Shown: positions 34,691 through 46,132 of the stretch, piece by piece
How positions within the stretch are numbered: position 1 is the stretch's first letter
How the letters are laid out: every line of letters begins with the position of its first letter
NCBI GenBank assembly: GCA_963833425.1
Contig: CAWHXP010000020.1
Coordinates: forward strand, 63,388-127,387
Reading direction: 5' to 3'
Source of the DNA: an uncultured Methanosarcinaceae archaeon
GTDB taxonomy: Archaea; Halobacteriota; Methanosarcinia; Methanosarcinales; Methanosarcinaceae
DNA length: 64,000 bases
Notes under the pieces: generated by a model
What the model saw: only the letters and a program-made list of their open reading frames with translations
Databases searched by the model: none
What the model was told of the DNA's origin: nothing
Made by a program: the position numbers and the translations under genes

Positions 34691-34721
34691 ATGCATAGAT
34701 TTTAGCACAAAACTTATGTAT
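34691..34721 (-). repeat. 31-bp palindromic site copy
   Basis: ATGCATAGATTT-TAGCACA-AAACTTATGTAT; a one-armed copy with the same spacer lies at 35155-35185 and a degenerate one at 36636-36665. Confidence 0.75.
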
Positions 34722-35680
34722 ATCCCAGCATAAATTCTCCATTAATATTTTATTCACTAGTTCCCTAATTCTCACAAACTGGAAACTATAGAAAAATGCA
34801 TACCAATTTGTTCTTAAAACAAGTTTGTTTTTCCAGTTTAATTTGCTTTTCTGTTTATAAGTTTAATATCAAATGTTGCCCCATTTTCATGACTGTAAGG
34901 CAGGAAGCTCCCTGATTTATATATGGATACGCTACCTTGTAATCACTTGCACTTAATGTATTTTCCGCTGGTAGTGTAGACAAACATTTAAGGTGCTTAA
35001 ATCGTTGTATCTAGCTGGGTACTATTTAGTGATGTACATAAATTACGTTAGCAAGGTTTTTGTCTATTTAGCATCGCATATGTTCTAACAAAAATATGTA
35101 TTTATCCAAAACTTACATAAAAAGGTTCTATCATCCTGGCTTAAAGACTAAGTAGTTCGTCTGTTTTAGCACAGAAACTCTGCATCGAATGGAATAAAAA
35201 ATAAATTATAGCTCAACACGATCATCGACTCTGCATTTTGCTTTTTACAATTGGAGAAAAGGGCATAGAATAAGTCATATTCTCTAGAAGTTTTGGTATA
35301 CTGTCGAGTTTATCAGGGAATACAATTAAACAGTGGATCAAGTCAGTTTATGTCCCGAAAAGGTGGAAGTTCGGGTATTAAATGGTGATCTATCTGCATG
35401 AAAACACTCACTTTTAAAATATAATATTTATTTATAATCAAATAAAAAGATAAATATTTATATATATTGCTGTCGTCAAATTTCTCAGTACGTTAGATAA
35501 CTATAAATTTACCAATAAATGAGTTTTCATTTAAAAAACGAAGTTTTATAGTTCAAAAACATGCAATGAAATTTCTTCCTAAGGAAAATGTGTTAAAAAA
35601 CTCCAAGACTTGGAGTTGTATCAGATTGAACACACAGATAATATGCTCAAGTCATAATATGGAGAAACTGGAGTGATATA

Positions 35681-35977
35681 ATGGGAATTAAAAAGACAAC
35701 CTTAATCTTGTTAACAGTCTGCATGGTGGCTTTTTTGGAGCTGTTACAGTAAACGCTGCGAGTAGCCATGGTTCGCATAGTTACAGCAGTTCCAGTAGAA
35801 CAGCCAACACCACAGTATCGTTGTTGGGCAGCGTAGGCAATGTTTATAGTGCAGGCAATGGTACAGGCGTATCTGAAGCCCAAGCACCAGGCATCGCTGC
35901 TGGAGCGAGGTAATGTTTATAGTGCAGGTACAAGCAGTACAGGTACAGCAACTAACAGCTCAGGAAGCACGAAGTAG
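35681..35977 (+). CDS. small secreted Ser/Gly/Thr-rich protein (frameshifted; missed by ORF track)
   Basis: GGAGTG RBS; MGIKKTTLILLTVCMVAF signal, then AASSHGSHSYSSSSR and GNVYSAG-type repeats. Confidence 0.55.
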
Positions 35978-37304
35978 TCGCATATGGAACCAAAGCACCT
36001 TTGGAATAAGCAACCTCAAAAAGTATTAAAAAAATATAGGTAAAAATAAATCCACTTGATGTCTATTCTATTACGATTATAAGGTAGGCCCTACATCTAA
36101 GTAATCGGTAACCTACATTATAATCGTGATAAAGAGACAACAATTTGTATCCTGCTTTTAAATATAAATGTAAATTGAAACTGCACTTATTTTGTTTAAA
36201 ATCATTTTGGTATGTGTTTTTAGTATACTCTTTATAAAAAAAAGAATTTCGAAAAATTCCGAACTCAATAAATCATTTATATAGGCGCTATAAACAACCG
36301 GCTAAACTAATGAATTTTATTGAAATACTCTTAGGTTACTGGATACATTTCAAGTCGTTTTATCTACTTTTTCAAGTTGCTATTCACAAACAAATTAGTC
36401 GTATAGCTATTGTTTTACTACTACTGACGGTTATATATTATGGTTTCTGTTGCAAATGTTGACGCCTCCGCTTCTCCCAGATGTTACAAACCACAATAAT
36501 ATTTCATGGGTTTCCCATTGGTTTCCATGATTATGGTTTTTGTCCCTACTTCTGGTTTTTATCCCTAATTTTGGTCTTCTCTCCTACACAATTGAATCCA
36601 GAGTCAGCGAACAGACTTATAAAACTGATCTTTTATTGCAGATTTTCCCTAAAAAACATATGCAACAGTGAAACCGAAAAATTCTGTTTTGCAGTGAAAG
36701 AAAAGGATGAAGCACCGTCATTTTTACGGAACTTTCATTACCCTGCTAACTTGAATAGCGCTGAAAAATCTGCTGTGAAGCCAATGCTAAATTTATGCAA
36801 TTTGTGTGATCGCGTTCTTCCGAGGTGTGATTTCCTTTATCACAAATTCTTGATATTTGTTATCCCACAGAAAAGTTGGTACACTGACTAAATAAATGTT
36901 CGACTTGAAATTGTATTTATATCTGATTAAAAAAATTTAGCAGCTTCTTTGTTTAGATAACCATCTTAAGCTTATCGAATGCTTAAATTTTTCCATAACT
37001 TCTTGTACTTTTTGATATTTTTTCAGCAACCAAAAGCTGTCGATTTTATTGAGATGAAAGTATTCTTCTGCAGAGGTTTTCTTTTTTTACTTTAATTTAT
37101 TGTATTTCGATAATTATATTCGTATCCAAAAAACGTGTTCAATGGAAGTTTAAGAATCAATTTTATGTAGAATATTAACAAGGGTATATTGTTTAGTAAG
37201 TAATACAGTAATTAGTACATAATATATTTAAACAAAAATGAAAGATATAGAACTCAATATAATAAGTTACTGGAATTAATAAGCTCTCTAGGTTCTAAAA
37301 ATCA

Positions 37305-37429
37305 CATTCAGTGGCAATGGGAGAAAAGTATGCTAGCCCCCACAAAATATATTATAGAGCCACTGAATTTATTGGTTTTCCAAAAAAGAAGGGGGTGTGG
37401 GAAATGGAATTAAATCCGGCTCCTTTAAT
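37305..37429. repeat. left arm of ~125-bp inverted repeat
   Basis: Reverse complement of 39142-39269 with scattered mismatches. Confidence 0.9.
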
Positions 37430-37618
37430 GGGCATCAAAGGAACAATAGGTAGATCGGAGAAAAGAAAAAAATCAGTGACTACTGATATTATTCATTTAT
37501 GTAAATTGCTTCGTATTAGAGATAACCGTATGTCTACGGGTTTGGAGTAGGATGAAATGCTTCATATGCACATTTTATCCGAAAGGCAGGTCAGCTATCG
37601 AAAACACCAGTAAGCCGA

Positions 37619-38653
37619 TTAATTTTTGGACTTATAAGCTTTCAATAGACTGGCCGCTCTATTAGCATGTTCTGTGACGGAATTGATATTTTGAAGAGCT
37701 TGTTTCATCTCAGATTCTCCAGCTTCAATATTTCCTTTTTTATATGCTTCGATTCCATAATAGATATAAACTGAAGCACCTTGAGCCTGTAACATTTCTA
37801 ATTTATATTCATCCTTTGCACTTTGTAAACCAGGCGATACATTATATAAATCACTATTATTCATAGCTTTCTGACTATCTTTATACAAAGTATTTGCATA
37901 TGTAGAAGCTGACATGAAATCGTTGTTAACTGATGTGAAATTGGTGTTTATTAACGCAGTCCCGAGGTATTTCATATCATTAGCTACAACAAGCGAATCT
38001 GCTATAAAAGTTGTTAACCATTGAGAGTCTTGATAGTTTGTTGTTTCATTTATTGGTATAGGAGCCAGGGTAGGAACATAAGCTTTCAATAGTTTTTCCG
38101 TTTTATTAGCATGTTTTGTGACGGAATAAAGACTTAGAGTAGCTTGTTCCATATCAGAGTTTCCAGCTTCAACATTTCCTTTCTTATAAGCTTTGACTCC
38201 ATGATAAATATGAATTGCTGCACTATTTGCCTGTACCATTTCTAGTCGATATTCATCTTTTGCACTTTGTAAATCAGGCGATACATTGTACAAATCACTA
38301 TCATTTATAGCTTTCTGACTATCTTTATACAAAGTATTTGCATATGTAAAAACTGACGTGAAATTGTTGTTAGCTGATGTGAAATTGGTGTTTATTAGCG
38401 CAGTACCTAGGTATTTCATATCATTACTTACAACAAGCGAATTTGATAGATACGTTGTCAACCATTGAGAATCTTGATAGTTTGTTGTTTCATTTATTGG
38501 TATAGGAGCCAGGGTAGGAACTGGCATTGCAACTCCTATTGGCGCTTTTCCATAACACAAAGCTATTGGAATAGTTGCCAAAATCAAAAAACAAAGAATT
38601 ATCATGAAAATACTCAGTATTTTTTTTGTCTTCTCGAATGATTGTTTTCCCAT
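37619..38653 (-). CDS. secreted protein with a tandem 148-aa internal duplication
   Basis: MGKQ...KKIL signal; VPTLAPIPINETTNYQDSQWL repeated at a 444-nt period. Confidence 0.85.
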   Translation of the reverse strand: MGKQSFEKTKKILSIFMIILCFLILATIPIALCYGKAPIGVAMPVPTLAPIPINETTNYQDSQWLTTYLSNSLVVSNDMKYLGTALINTNFTSANNNFTSVFTYANTLYKDSQKAINDSDLYNVSPDLQSAKDEYRLEMVQANSAAIHIYHGVKAYKKGNVEAGNSDMEQATLSLYSVTKHANKTEKLLKAYVPTLAPIPINETTNYQDSQWLTTFIADSLVVANDMKYLGTALINTNFTSVNNDFMSASTYANTLYKDSQKAMNNSDLYNVSPGLQSAKDEYKLEMLQAQGASVYIYYGIEAYKKGNIEAGESEMKQALQNINSVTEHANRAASLLKAYKSKN

Positions 38654-38680
38654 TTATTATACACCTATTTTTGCACAATT

Positions 38681-38901
38681 TTTATGTGCTGATGATACAT
38701 GCCTAAAGATATTTATTTTGATTGCCCCAGTTATTTTAAATTAATTGTGCGAAAAATAGTTTCTAAAAGAAAAATAATACCACATAAAATATTTCACAGC
38801 CAAAAAATAATTAAATATTAATAATGATTTTTTTATTGTTTCCGAGTACTTCAGAATTTAACATTAACTGTTTCCTAATAAAGCAATCTATATTTAACCT
38901 T
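38681..38901 (-). promoter_or_regulatory. shared ~220-bp upstream element of secreted-protein genes
   Basis: Close direct copy at 40601-40823, inverted copy at 45734-45871, weaker copies near 7661, 51100 and 52710. Confidence 0.65.
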
Positions 38902-39141
38902 AGATTAGTTCTAAGTTTTTTTAAGTTTGATGTCGTGTCCCTGGGTCATCGAACAAATCTGATTAACGATTATATCACCCATTTTTGGAAAACTGTAGTT
39001 CCCACTGCAAAAAATGAAAGTTTCATTAATCTTGCCCATGTGCTTGTAAACTCAATCATTCCGTTATATGCAGGAATATACTACTTGTGACCGGTTACAT
39101 GCTAAGTAAATGAAATAAGTATTAAAATTCATTTGGTGCTA

Positions 39142-39269
39142 ATTAAAGGAGCTGGGTTTAATCCAATTTCCTCCAACTCCCCTCTCTTTTTTGGAAAACC
39201 AATAAATTCAGCGGCTCTACAATATATTTTGTGGGGGCTAGCATACTTTTCTCCCATTGCCATTGAATG
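39142..39269. repeat. right arm of ~125-bp inverted repeat
   Basis: Reverse complement of 37305-37429. Confidence 0.9.
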
Positions 39270-40115
39270 AGAACCTTACATTGAGCCTATAAGTAACCTA
39301 CTCCTTGGTTATATTTATGATTATAAAGTCGGATACCCATTGCTTCAAATGCAGGTACTCTACCTTATAATTTCAGTGAAATAGATCTAAAGTGGATTTA
39401 TTGATTTACCATATGCTTCGAATACTTATTTTGCATTTACTGGGATGTAATCAGCCAAATACTCTACATTCCTCTAGCCTATAGATTGTCCTACTTTTCA
39501 AATACATGGGGAAAAATCGAGCAAGATTACGAAATTTAAAACAGTAAGGTCATGTCATATTAGCCGGCTGATATTTTCATCTTATAACGTATTTTCATCA
39601 ATTGCACTTGTTTTCTAACCTTACCTGTATTCAGAGAACCAAAGAAATATACCGCGCAGAAAGTGAAATGAAGCTTATAACGGTACTTGGAGTGTTGCAG
39701 CTTGCTTTTTGAAAAAAATACCCATCTGAACAAGGTAGGATCCATAATTTTTGTTGTAAACAATAATCAACGACAATCCAATCGTATTCCAATAAATGGT
39801 ACAGTAGGACTAGCTTTGAAATATCTAAGCTATAGCTGGATAAGATCTAAACTAAGATACAACTAGCAAAAAAGCATATAATACAATCTGAGAAAAACAT
39901 GGAAGATTTATGTCCCTTCTTATTGTAAAATCTTGGATTATCAGTAAAATCTATTTTTATTGAATAGGGACCCAATCTTATAGGAAAATCAAAATATAGC
40001 CATCAATTCAAGGCAGTTTATCAGAAATTTATTCTAAATGCCTTGAAAATGGCTATTATGCTGTTTTATTTCATACGCCCTAGCTCCAGATTCAGTGACT
40101 GTTCTTACGGCTCCA

Positions 40116-40544
40116 TCAGCGATGACGGTGGTCGCCGTGATGGTCGCCGTGATGGTCGCCGTGATGGTCGCCGTGATGGTCGCCGTGGTGGCCGCCGTGA
40201 TGGTGCCAGTGATGATAGCTGTCCCAGTATCCATCTCCATCGTATCCGTCGCCATATCCGCCTACTACAACGGGTGTTTCTACAACGGGTGTTTCTACAA
40301 CGGGTGTTTCTACAATGGGTGTTCCAACAACAACTGGTTCTTCATAATAACCACCATAACCACCATAATAACCATCACCCCTATATCCGTGGTGATGGTG
40401 GAATCCACGGTGCTCACCGTGGTGTTCGCGGTGCTCTCTCCCATCTGCGGCGCTTACTGCCGTAGCTGTTACTGATGCTACAAAAAAAACTACCAGTAAA
40501 ACACACAGTATCTTTTTTGTTCTGTTAACTATTTGTTTTCCCAT
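40116..40544 (-). CDS. secreted His/Gly-rich protein with HHGD and VVETP repeats
   Basis: Signal peptide ending AVSA; 12-nt and 15-nt coding tandem repeats. Confidence 0.8.
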   Translation of the reverse strand: MGKQIVNRTKKILCVLLVVFFVASVTATAVSAADGREHREHHGEHRGFHHHHGYRGDGYYGGYGGYYEEPVVVGTPIVETPVVETPVVETPVVVGGYGDGYDGDGYWDSYHHWHHHGGHHGDHHGDHHGDHHGDHHGDHRHR

Positions 40545-41040
40545 GAAATTTGCACTTCCTATTTATTTTCATAAATATATGATGTTATAGATTCCATTTT
40601 TTTTATGTACTGATGATGTACTATACCTAGGGAGGTTATTTTTCTCATCCCCAGTATTTCAAATTAACCATATGAAAACTAATTTCTAAAAGAAAAATAA
40701 TACCACATAAAATATTTCACAGCCAAAAAACAATTAAATATTGATAATAATTTTTATATTGTTTCCGAATTCTTCAGAATTTAACTTTAACTTTTTCTTA
40801 AAAAAGCAATCTCCATTTAACTTTAAATCCGTTCTGAATTTTAAAGGCCTGATGAGATTCATGTACACTAATAAATGAATGACGCTTTCAGAGACTTTTA
40901 TTATTTCTTAGTTTCCAGATTTTCTAGTAGCTTGCAAGTAGTCGATTGATATTATTCTAAAATAATCGGAATATAGTTTTCAGCTCTTTATTTCCTCGTG
41001 ATTTTGGCACTATTGGAGCTAATCTATAATCAATTTGTTG

Positions 41041-41494
41041 TGCGAGATAGCAGGCTACTGTTTAACGACAGATTGCTCACAACAAAAAGCATTTATGCTA
41101 CATAGCGTGGGCTCAAATGGCAAAAGTGTATTTCTTGCACGGTTAGAAGCTCTAGTAGGTAAAGAAAATACTTCAGCAGGGAAGTCTTCAGAAACTTGAA
41201 TTCGACAAGTTTAGACCAGCTAAAGTGTTTGGAAAGCTGGTTAATATTTGTGGAGATATCCCATACATCAAAATGAATAAGTCTGAGCATTTCAAAAAGT
41301 TGACTAGCGGGCTTGATCTTATAGATGGAGAAAACAAGTACCAGGATCCATTCACTTTCAAAAACACAACTAAATTAGTTTTTTCTGCGAATGATCTTCC
41401 TGAAGGAACGAAGGATAAAGCATACTATCGTATGTGGATTCTCATTCGATCTCCTAACAATTTTGATGACGAAAATGCAGATAAATCGGTGTGA
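41041..41494 (+). pseudogene. phage/plasmid P4-family primase-helicase (SF3) remnant
   Basis: GYCLTTDCSQQKAFML-SVGSNGKS (degenerate Walker A), GKLVNICGD, KLVFSANDLP. Confidence 0.8.
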
Positions 41495-42358
41495 GACAAA
41501 CGACTAATAAAAAATATATATTGAAGTGCGCTTTCAATTCATTTATTAGTAAATGCTGAAAGTGCAGAACTCTCAAATAATACCCAATCTACAGACAATA
41601 ATAATTTAATTATGGATGAGAATAAAGTTCAACATTCTGCATAAGTATCTGAGGATGATTTGCAGAAACAACGAGCACTAACGAAAAATATGCATTTTGG
41701 TGATAAAACTATTAGTTAATCATATGTTTACTGATGCACATGTGAATCAGGTAGACGGTCTGATCTTTTTAGGAAGGCATAACGAAACTATAGATGCATA
41801 TAATGAAGCACTTAAAAAATCCATTCTTGAGTGATGGAACTAAAAGTTTAATCATAGAGAAACGGAATAAACTAATGGAACAGACAGGTCAATTTGTCGA
41901 TATTCCATTGATAGACCTACAACTACTAATTACATGTAAAGGGGATATATCTATCAATAAAAATGTTGGCATAGGGATCGTATTATTAATATCGGTGGTG
42001 CTTTCTGCTCTCTTCAGTTCATCAAATTCGCATGAATCGTTATCTAAACCAATGACTATAGAACAGGAAGATGCAATTGAAGACCACAAGATTCACGCCA
42101 ATCAAAAAAAAAGTATATAGTGAATGCATGTAATGATGCAGAATGGTTTGAAAGTCAAGATGAAGACGAAGCTGCAATGGACAAATATCAAGAAATTATT
42201 AATAATTATCCTAACGAAAAGAAAGCTAGAGATAAATTCTCTCACTTAAAACATGTACAAAAAATAAGTGATGAAGAAGATAAATTATTAGAGGTACCGC
42301 CAAGATATCAATCATTTACATAATATGGGTGTATCTCATTTTCTAAGGAGATCGTGAT

Positions 42359-42574
42359 ATGGAGAACAAAATAATTCAAATTGGATTATTACTTTTAATT
42401 ATCGGAACTATTTTGATGCCAATTGCAGCTGAATCTGATTTCCCAAATAGTCCAGGTATTTATAATTCAGACGGTAGTAAGAAAAGTTATGCATAGTTCC
42501 ATTCAGAATCAAGTGATTGGAGTAACAAAGTATATGCATGGAACGCAGAACGTGATGCTAAAATGAATGTTTAA
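42359..42574 (+). CDS. small secreted protein with an in-frame TAG at 42494
   Basis: AAGGAG RBS, signal peptide; the frame stays open for 25 codons after the TAG. Confidence 0.4.
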
Positions 42575-42807
42575 TCATAAAAAGAGATAAATAAGCTTGA
42601 GTCATAGTGGATTATGTAACGTACTAAATACATTGAGTCTGGATCTAGCACGTTACCGGACTGACTTTAATTAATGGGTGAAAGATTTTGGGTTAGGGGT
42701 TCCAGAAAAACCCCTACTAAAGGCCGTTTTTCAGATAACATCAAAAATCTCCCATTATTAAGGTCGGTTCTATTTCTGGATCAACTATTAATTTTTCATT
42801 CTATGCT

Positions 42808-43101
42808 TCATTTTATGGTGTTATGGGTTCCGTCATTGTCCCCGTTTCCGTTTCCGTTTCCTATACCTACGTTTCCGTTTCCACTACCGTCTCCGTTTCC
42901 GCTTCCGACATTATTTATTGTGTTTGATTTTCCGCCGAGTCCGACAACGTTCCCGTCTCCGTTTCCGCTAAGAGCACCATTTCCAATAGTTTTAACGTGA
43001 CTAAAACTAACTGAACGACCCTTACCACCAGCGGATGCTGTTGCTGCTGTAAATGCCACTACAAGTGTTACTACCATCAAAAGGACTAATGCTTTCTTCA
43101 T
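42808..43101 (-). CDS. small secreted Gly/Asn-rich protein
   Basis: Signal peptide ending ASA; GNG repeats; AGGAG RBS. Confidence 0.8.
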   Translation of the reverse strand: MKKALVLLMVVTLVVAFTAATASAGGKGRSVSFSHVKTIGNGALSGNGDGNVVGLGGKSNTINNVGSGNGDGSGNGNVGIGNGNGNGDNDGTHNTIK

Positions 43102-43148
43102 TTTATATCGTCTCCTGTGTGTTTATTTTTGTGATTAATTTATGATAT

Positions 43149-44584
43149 TCAGGAACCTAGGGGAGCTACTGGAACGTCACCATAGCCGATAATACCATTT
43201 TTAGTATTTCCGTAACCAATGTCACTGTTACCGGTGTTACCGCTACCGATATCGTTGTTACCCTGGTTTCCGTTACCTATGTTGTTGTTACCATGGTCGT
43301 TTCCAACTCCGCTTGCAGCTACATTGTTTCCGTTTCCACTACCGTTTCCGTTTCCTATATTATTGTTCCCGTTGTTGCTTCCGTTGTTGCTTCCGGTGTT
43401 TCCGTTTCCGTTATTGTCTCCGTTTCCGTATCCTACGTTTCCGTTTCCGTTATTGTTTCCGTTTCCGTCTCCTTTGTTTCCGTTTCCGTTATTGTCTCCG
43501 TTTCCGTATCCTATATTATTGTTCCCGTTCTGGTTCCCGTTTCCGTTTCCGTTGTTTCCGTTTCCGTTTCCGTTTCCGTTGTCGTTACCTTTGTTCCCGT
43601 TTCCGTTTGTGTTCCCGTTTCCGTTTCCGTTGTTTCCGTTTCCGTTTCCGTTTCCGTCATAGCTACCTTTGTTTCCGTTTCCGTTCTGGTTTCCGTTTCC
43701 GTTACCTATGTTTCCGTTTCCGTTTCCGTTTCCATCATGGCTACCTTTGTTTCGTTTCCGTTCTGGTTTCCGTTTCCGTCACCTTTGTTTCCGTTTCCGT
43801 TTCCGTTTCCATCATGGCTACCTTTGTTTCCGTTTCCGTTCTGGTTTCCGTTTCCGTCACCTTTATTTCCGTTTCCGTTTCCGTTTCCATCATGGTTACC
43901 TTTGTTTCCGTTTCCGTTCTGGTTTCCGTTTCCGTATCCGGTATTTACGTTTCCGTTTCCGTTTCCATCATGGTTACCTTTGTTTCCGTTTCCGTTCTGG
44001 TTTCCGTTTCCGTATCCGGTATTTACGTTTCCGTTTCCGTTTCCGTCATAGTTACCTTTGTTTCCGTTTCCGTTCTGGTTTCCGTTATCGTTTCCAATAT
44101 TTACATTACCGTTAACGTTCCCGTTATAGCTGCCGCCGCCTGTCCAGCCGGCATAGTTATGATTTCCGTTTCCGTTTCCGTTCTGGTTTCCGTTTCCGTC
44201 ACCTTTGTTTCCGTTTCCGTTTCCGTTTCCGTTATAACTGCCTAATACACTGTATCCAGCACTGTTATGGTTTCCGTTTCCGTTTCCGTCTCCGTTTCCG
44301 TTTCCGTTCTCGTTGCCTTCGTTTCCGTTCCCGTTTCCGTTCCCGTTAAAACTGCCTACTACACCGTATCCAACATAGTTATGGTTTCCGTTTCCGTCTC
44401 CGTTTCCGTTTCCATTGTAGTTACCTTTGTTTCCGTTTCCGTTTCCGTTTCCGTTATAACTGCCTACTATACTATGTCTAGCACCGTGTCCAGCACTATG
44501 TCCAGCAGCTGCGACGGCAGTTGTTAATGAAATTATAAACCCCAAGACTATCAGTAGGGTCATTGTCTTTTTAATTGTAGTCAT
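43149..44584 (-). CDS. secreted Asn-Gly repeat protein, ~478 aa after restoring one base near 43752
   Basis: Signal peptide and (GGAAAC)n repeats. The span is 1436 nt, and adding 1 nt gives 479 codons ending YGDVPVAPLGS*. Confidence 0.85.
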
Positions 44585-44704
44585 AGTTATCCATCATTTC
44601 AATGATTATTCTAGATTGTCCCCATCATTAGAATGGTTTCCTCCCATCAATGAAATGATGGGTTCATATCGATTTATGTAATTTATGTTGGGAATTCAAC
44701 TTCT

Positions 44705-45040
44705 CTATTGCCAGCCATTCCCGTTTCCGTTTCCATTCCCGTTTCCGTTTCCTATGTTCCCGTTTCCATTCCCGTTTCCGTTTCCTACGCCGCGATTTCT
44801 ATAACCATTGCCATAGCCGTTACCTTCGCCGATGTTTCCATAACCATTGCCATATCCATTACCATGACCGTCTCCATCATGGCCTTCACCATAGCCATAG
44901 CCATAATGCCGAATGAGATGGCTGCCTATGCCATGTACGCCGCCATTGGCACTTGCAATAGCAATTGTTAATGAGAGTAATACTCCCATCACAATCAAAA
45001 GAGTCGTTGTCTCTTTCCCGTTCCTAGTTGATTCCGTCAA
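44705..45040 (-). CDS. small secreted Gly/Asn/Tyr-rich protein
   Basis: AGGAG RBS, TTG start, signal peptide, GNGYG and GNGN repeats. Confidence 0.8.
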   Translation of the reverse strand: MTESTRNGKETTTLLIVMGVLLSLTIAIASANGGVHGIGSHLIRHYGYGYGEGHDGDGHGNGYGNGYGNIGEGNGYGNGYRNRGVGNGNGNGNGNIGNGNGNGNGNGNGWQ

Positions 45041-45158
45041 TACAAACTCTCCTTAGTATACACTCGTAAGTAACGTGTGTCTTATTGTTAGTTCACTATG
45101 GGAGCTTGATGCTATCTGGTGTGCATTTACATGCAAATATAATCACAATTCTATATTT

Positions 45159-45420
45159 CTTAACATTTCCGTCCTGAAAAATAGTTTCTAAACAAAAATT
45201 CTGCTCAAAAAAAAAGTTTCGAAATTATTGAAGTTTTATCTATCTTAGTATATTCTGAACCTAACAAAATTTTCGCCGTCTAATTTATTCCTTAACATTT
45301 CCGTCTTGAAAAATACTCCTTTATCAAAAGTTTTGCTCCAAGAAAAGTGTTCGAAATTAGTGAAATTTTAACTATCTTAGTAGATTACGAAACCAGCCAA
45401 AATTTCACTGTCTAACACTA
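45159..45420. repeat. 132-bp tandem duplication upstream of the Asn-Gly operon
   Basis: CTTAACATTTCCGTCyTGAAAAATA at 45159 and 45291. Confidence 0.8.
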
Positions 45421-45621
45421 TTAAATTTATTTCATCTTGATATTGTTATATACCATGTTACTAATTGTTATTTGTCAGGTGGGTTTTTCATTGTCTTCCT
45501 ACCTGTCCCCTTAGTTTGGGTAAAACTACTGCATCAGTGACTACATATCCCCCTGGACTTAAGTTCACCTTAATCCAGGAGGATACTTTTATACAGAGTT
45601 TTTGTGGTAAAATCTATGGAA
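45389..45621 (+). repeat. ~230-bp non-coding two-hairpin unit ending in a 31-bp site (copy 1)
   Basis: Direct repeat of 47022-47255; site ATACAGAGTTTT-TGTGGTA-AAATCTATGGAA at 45591-45621. Confidence 0.85.
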
Positions 45622-46132
45622 CAAGGAAATCTAAAAATCCTGTTTTTTAATAAAAGAAAAGAATGAGAATAATCATCTTTACAGAACTTTTAATACATTA
45701 CCATTTAATCAGAATAAATAGCAAAGGAATTCATTTAATTGTTCTTTGACTGTGAAATATTTAATGCGGCATTATTTTTTTTTTAGAAACTTTTTTTCGT
45801 ATCATTAATTTAAAATAATTACGGTGGCAAAAATGAACATCACCAAGCATGTATATCATCAGCACATAAAATGATAATAGAATGTACAACACCACATCCT
45901 TTCAGAGATAAATTTAGATGATTAATTGGTAAACCGATGATTCAGTACTTATGAAGACGCGGTTATTTCAAAATCAGCATCCTTAAAATTGTATGGAATT
46001 GAATAAAAATAAGTGTATAATTAATAGGAAAACAAACATTTGATACAACAAAAAATGGGACTGAGTATTTTAATAGTAATCTTTTTTTGTAGTTATCCTT
46101 AAGCATTAAATATCTGAAAAGACACTGAGAGA

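Noticed and set aside
36443..36670. IS6-like ends (CTGTTGCAAA / TGCAACAG)
   Set aside because: Short partial matches without transposase sequence; ORF 36481-36891 looks spurious.
43219..44971. Long FP, VS and FR repeat ORFs on the + strand
   Set aside because: Antisense shadows of the (GGAAAC)n Asn-Gly genes, which have signal peptides.
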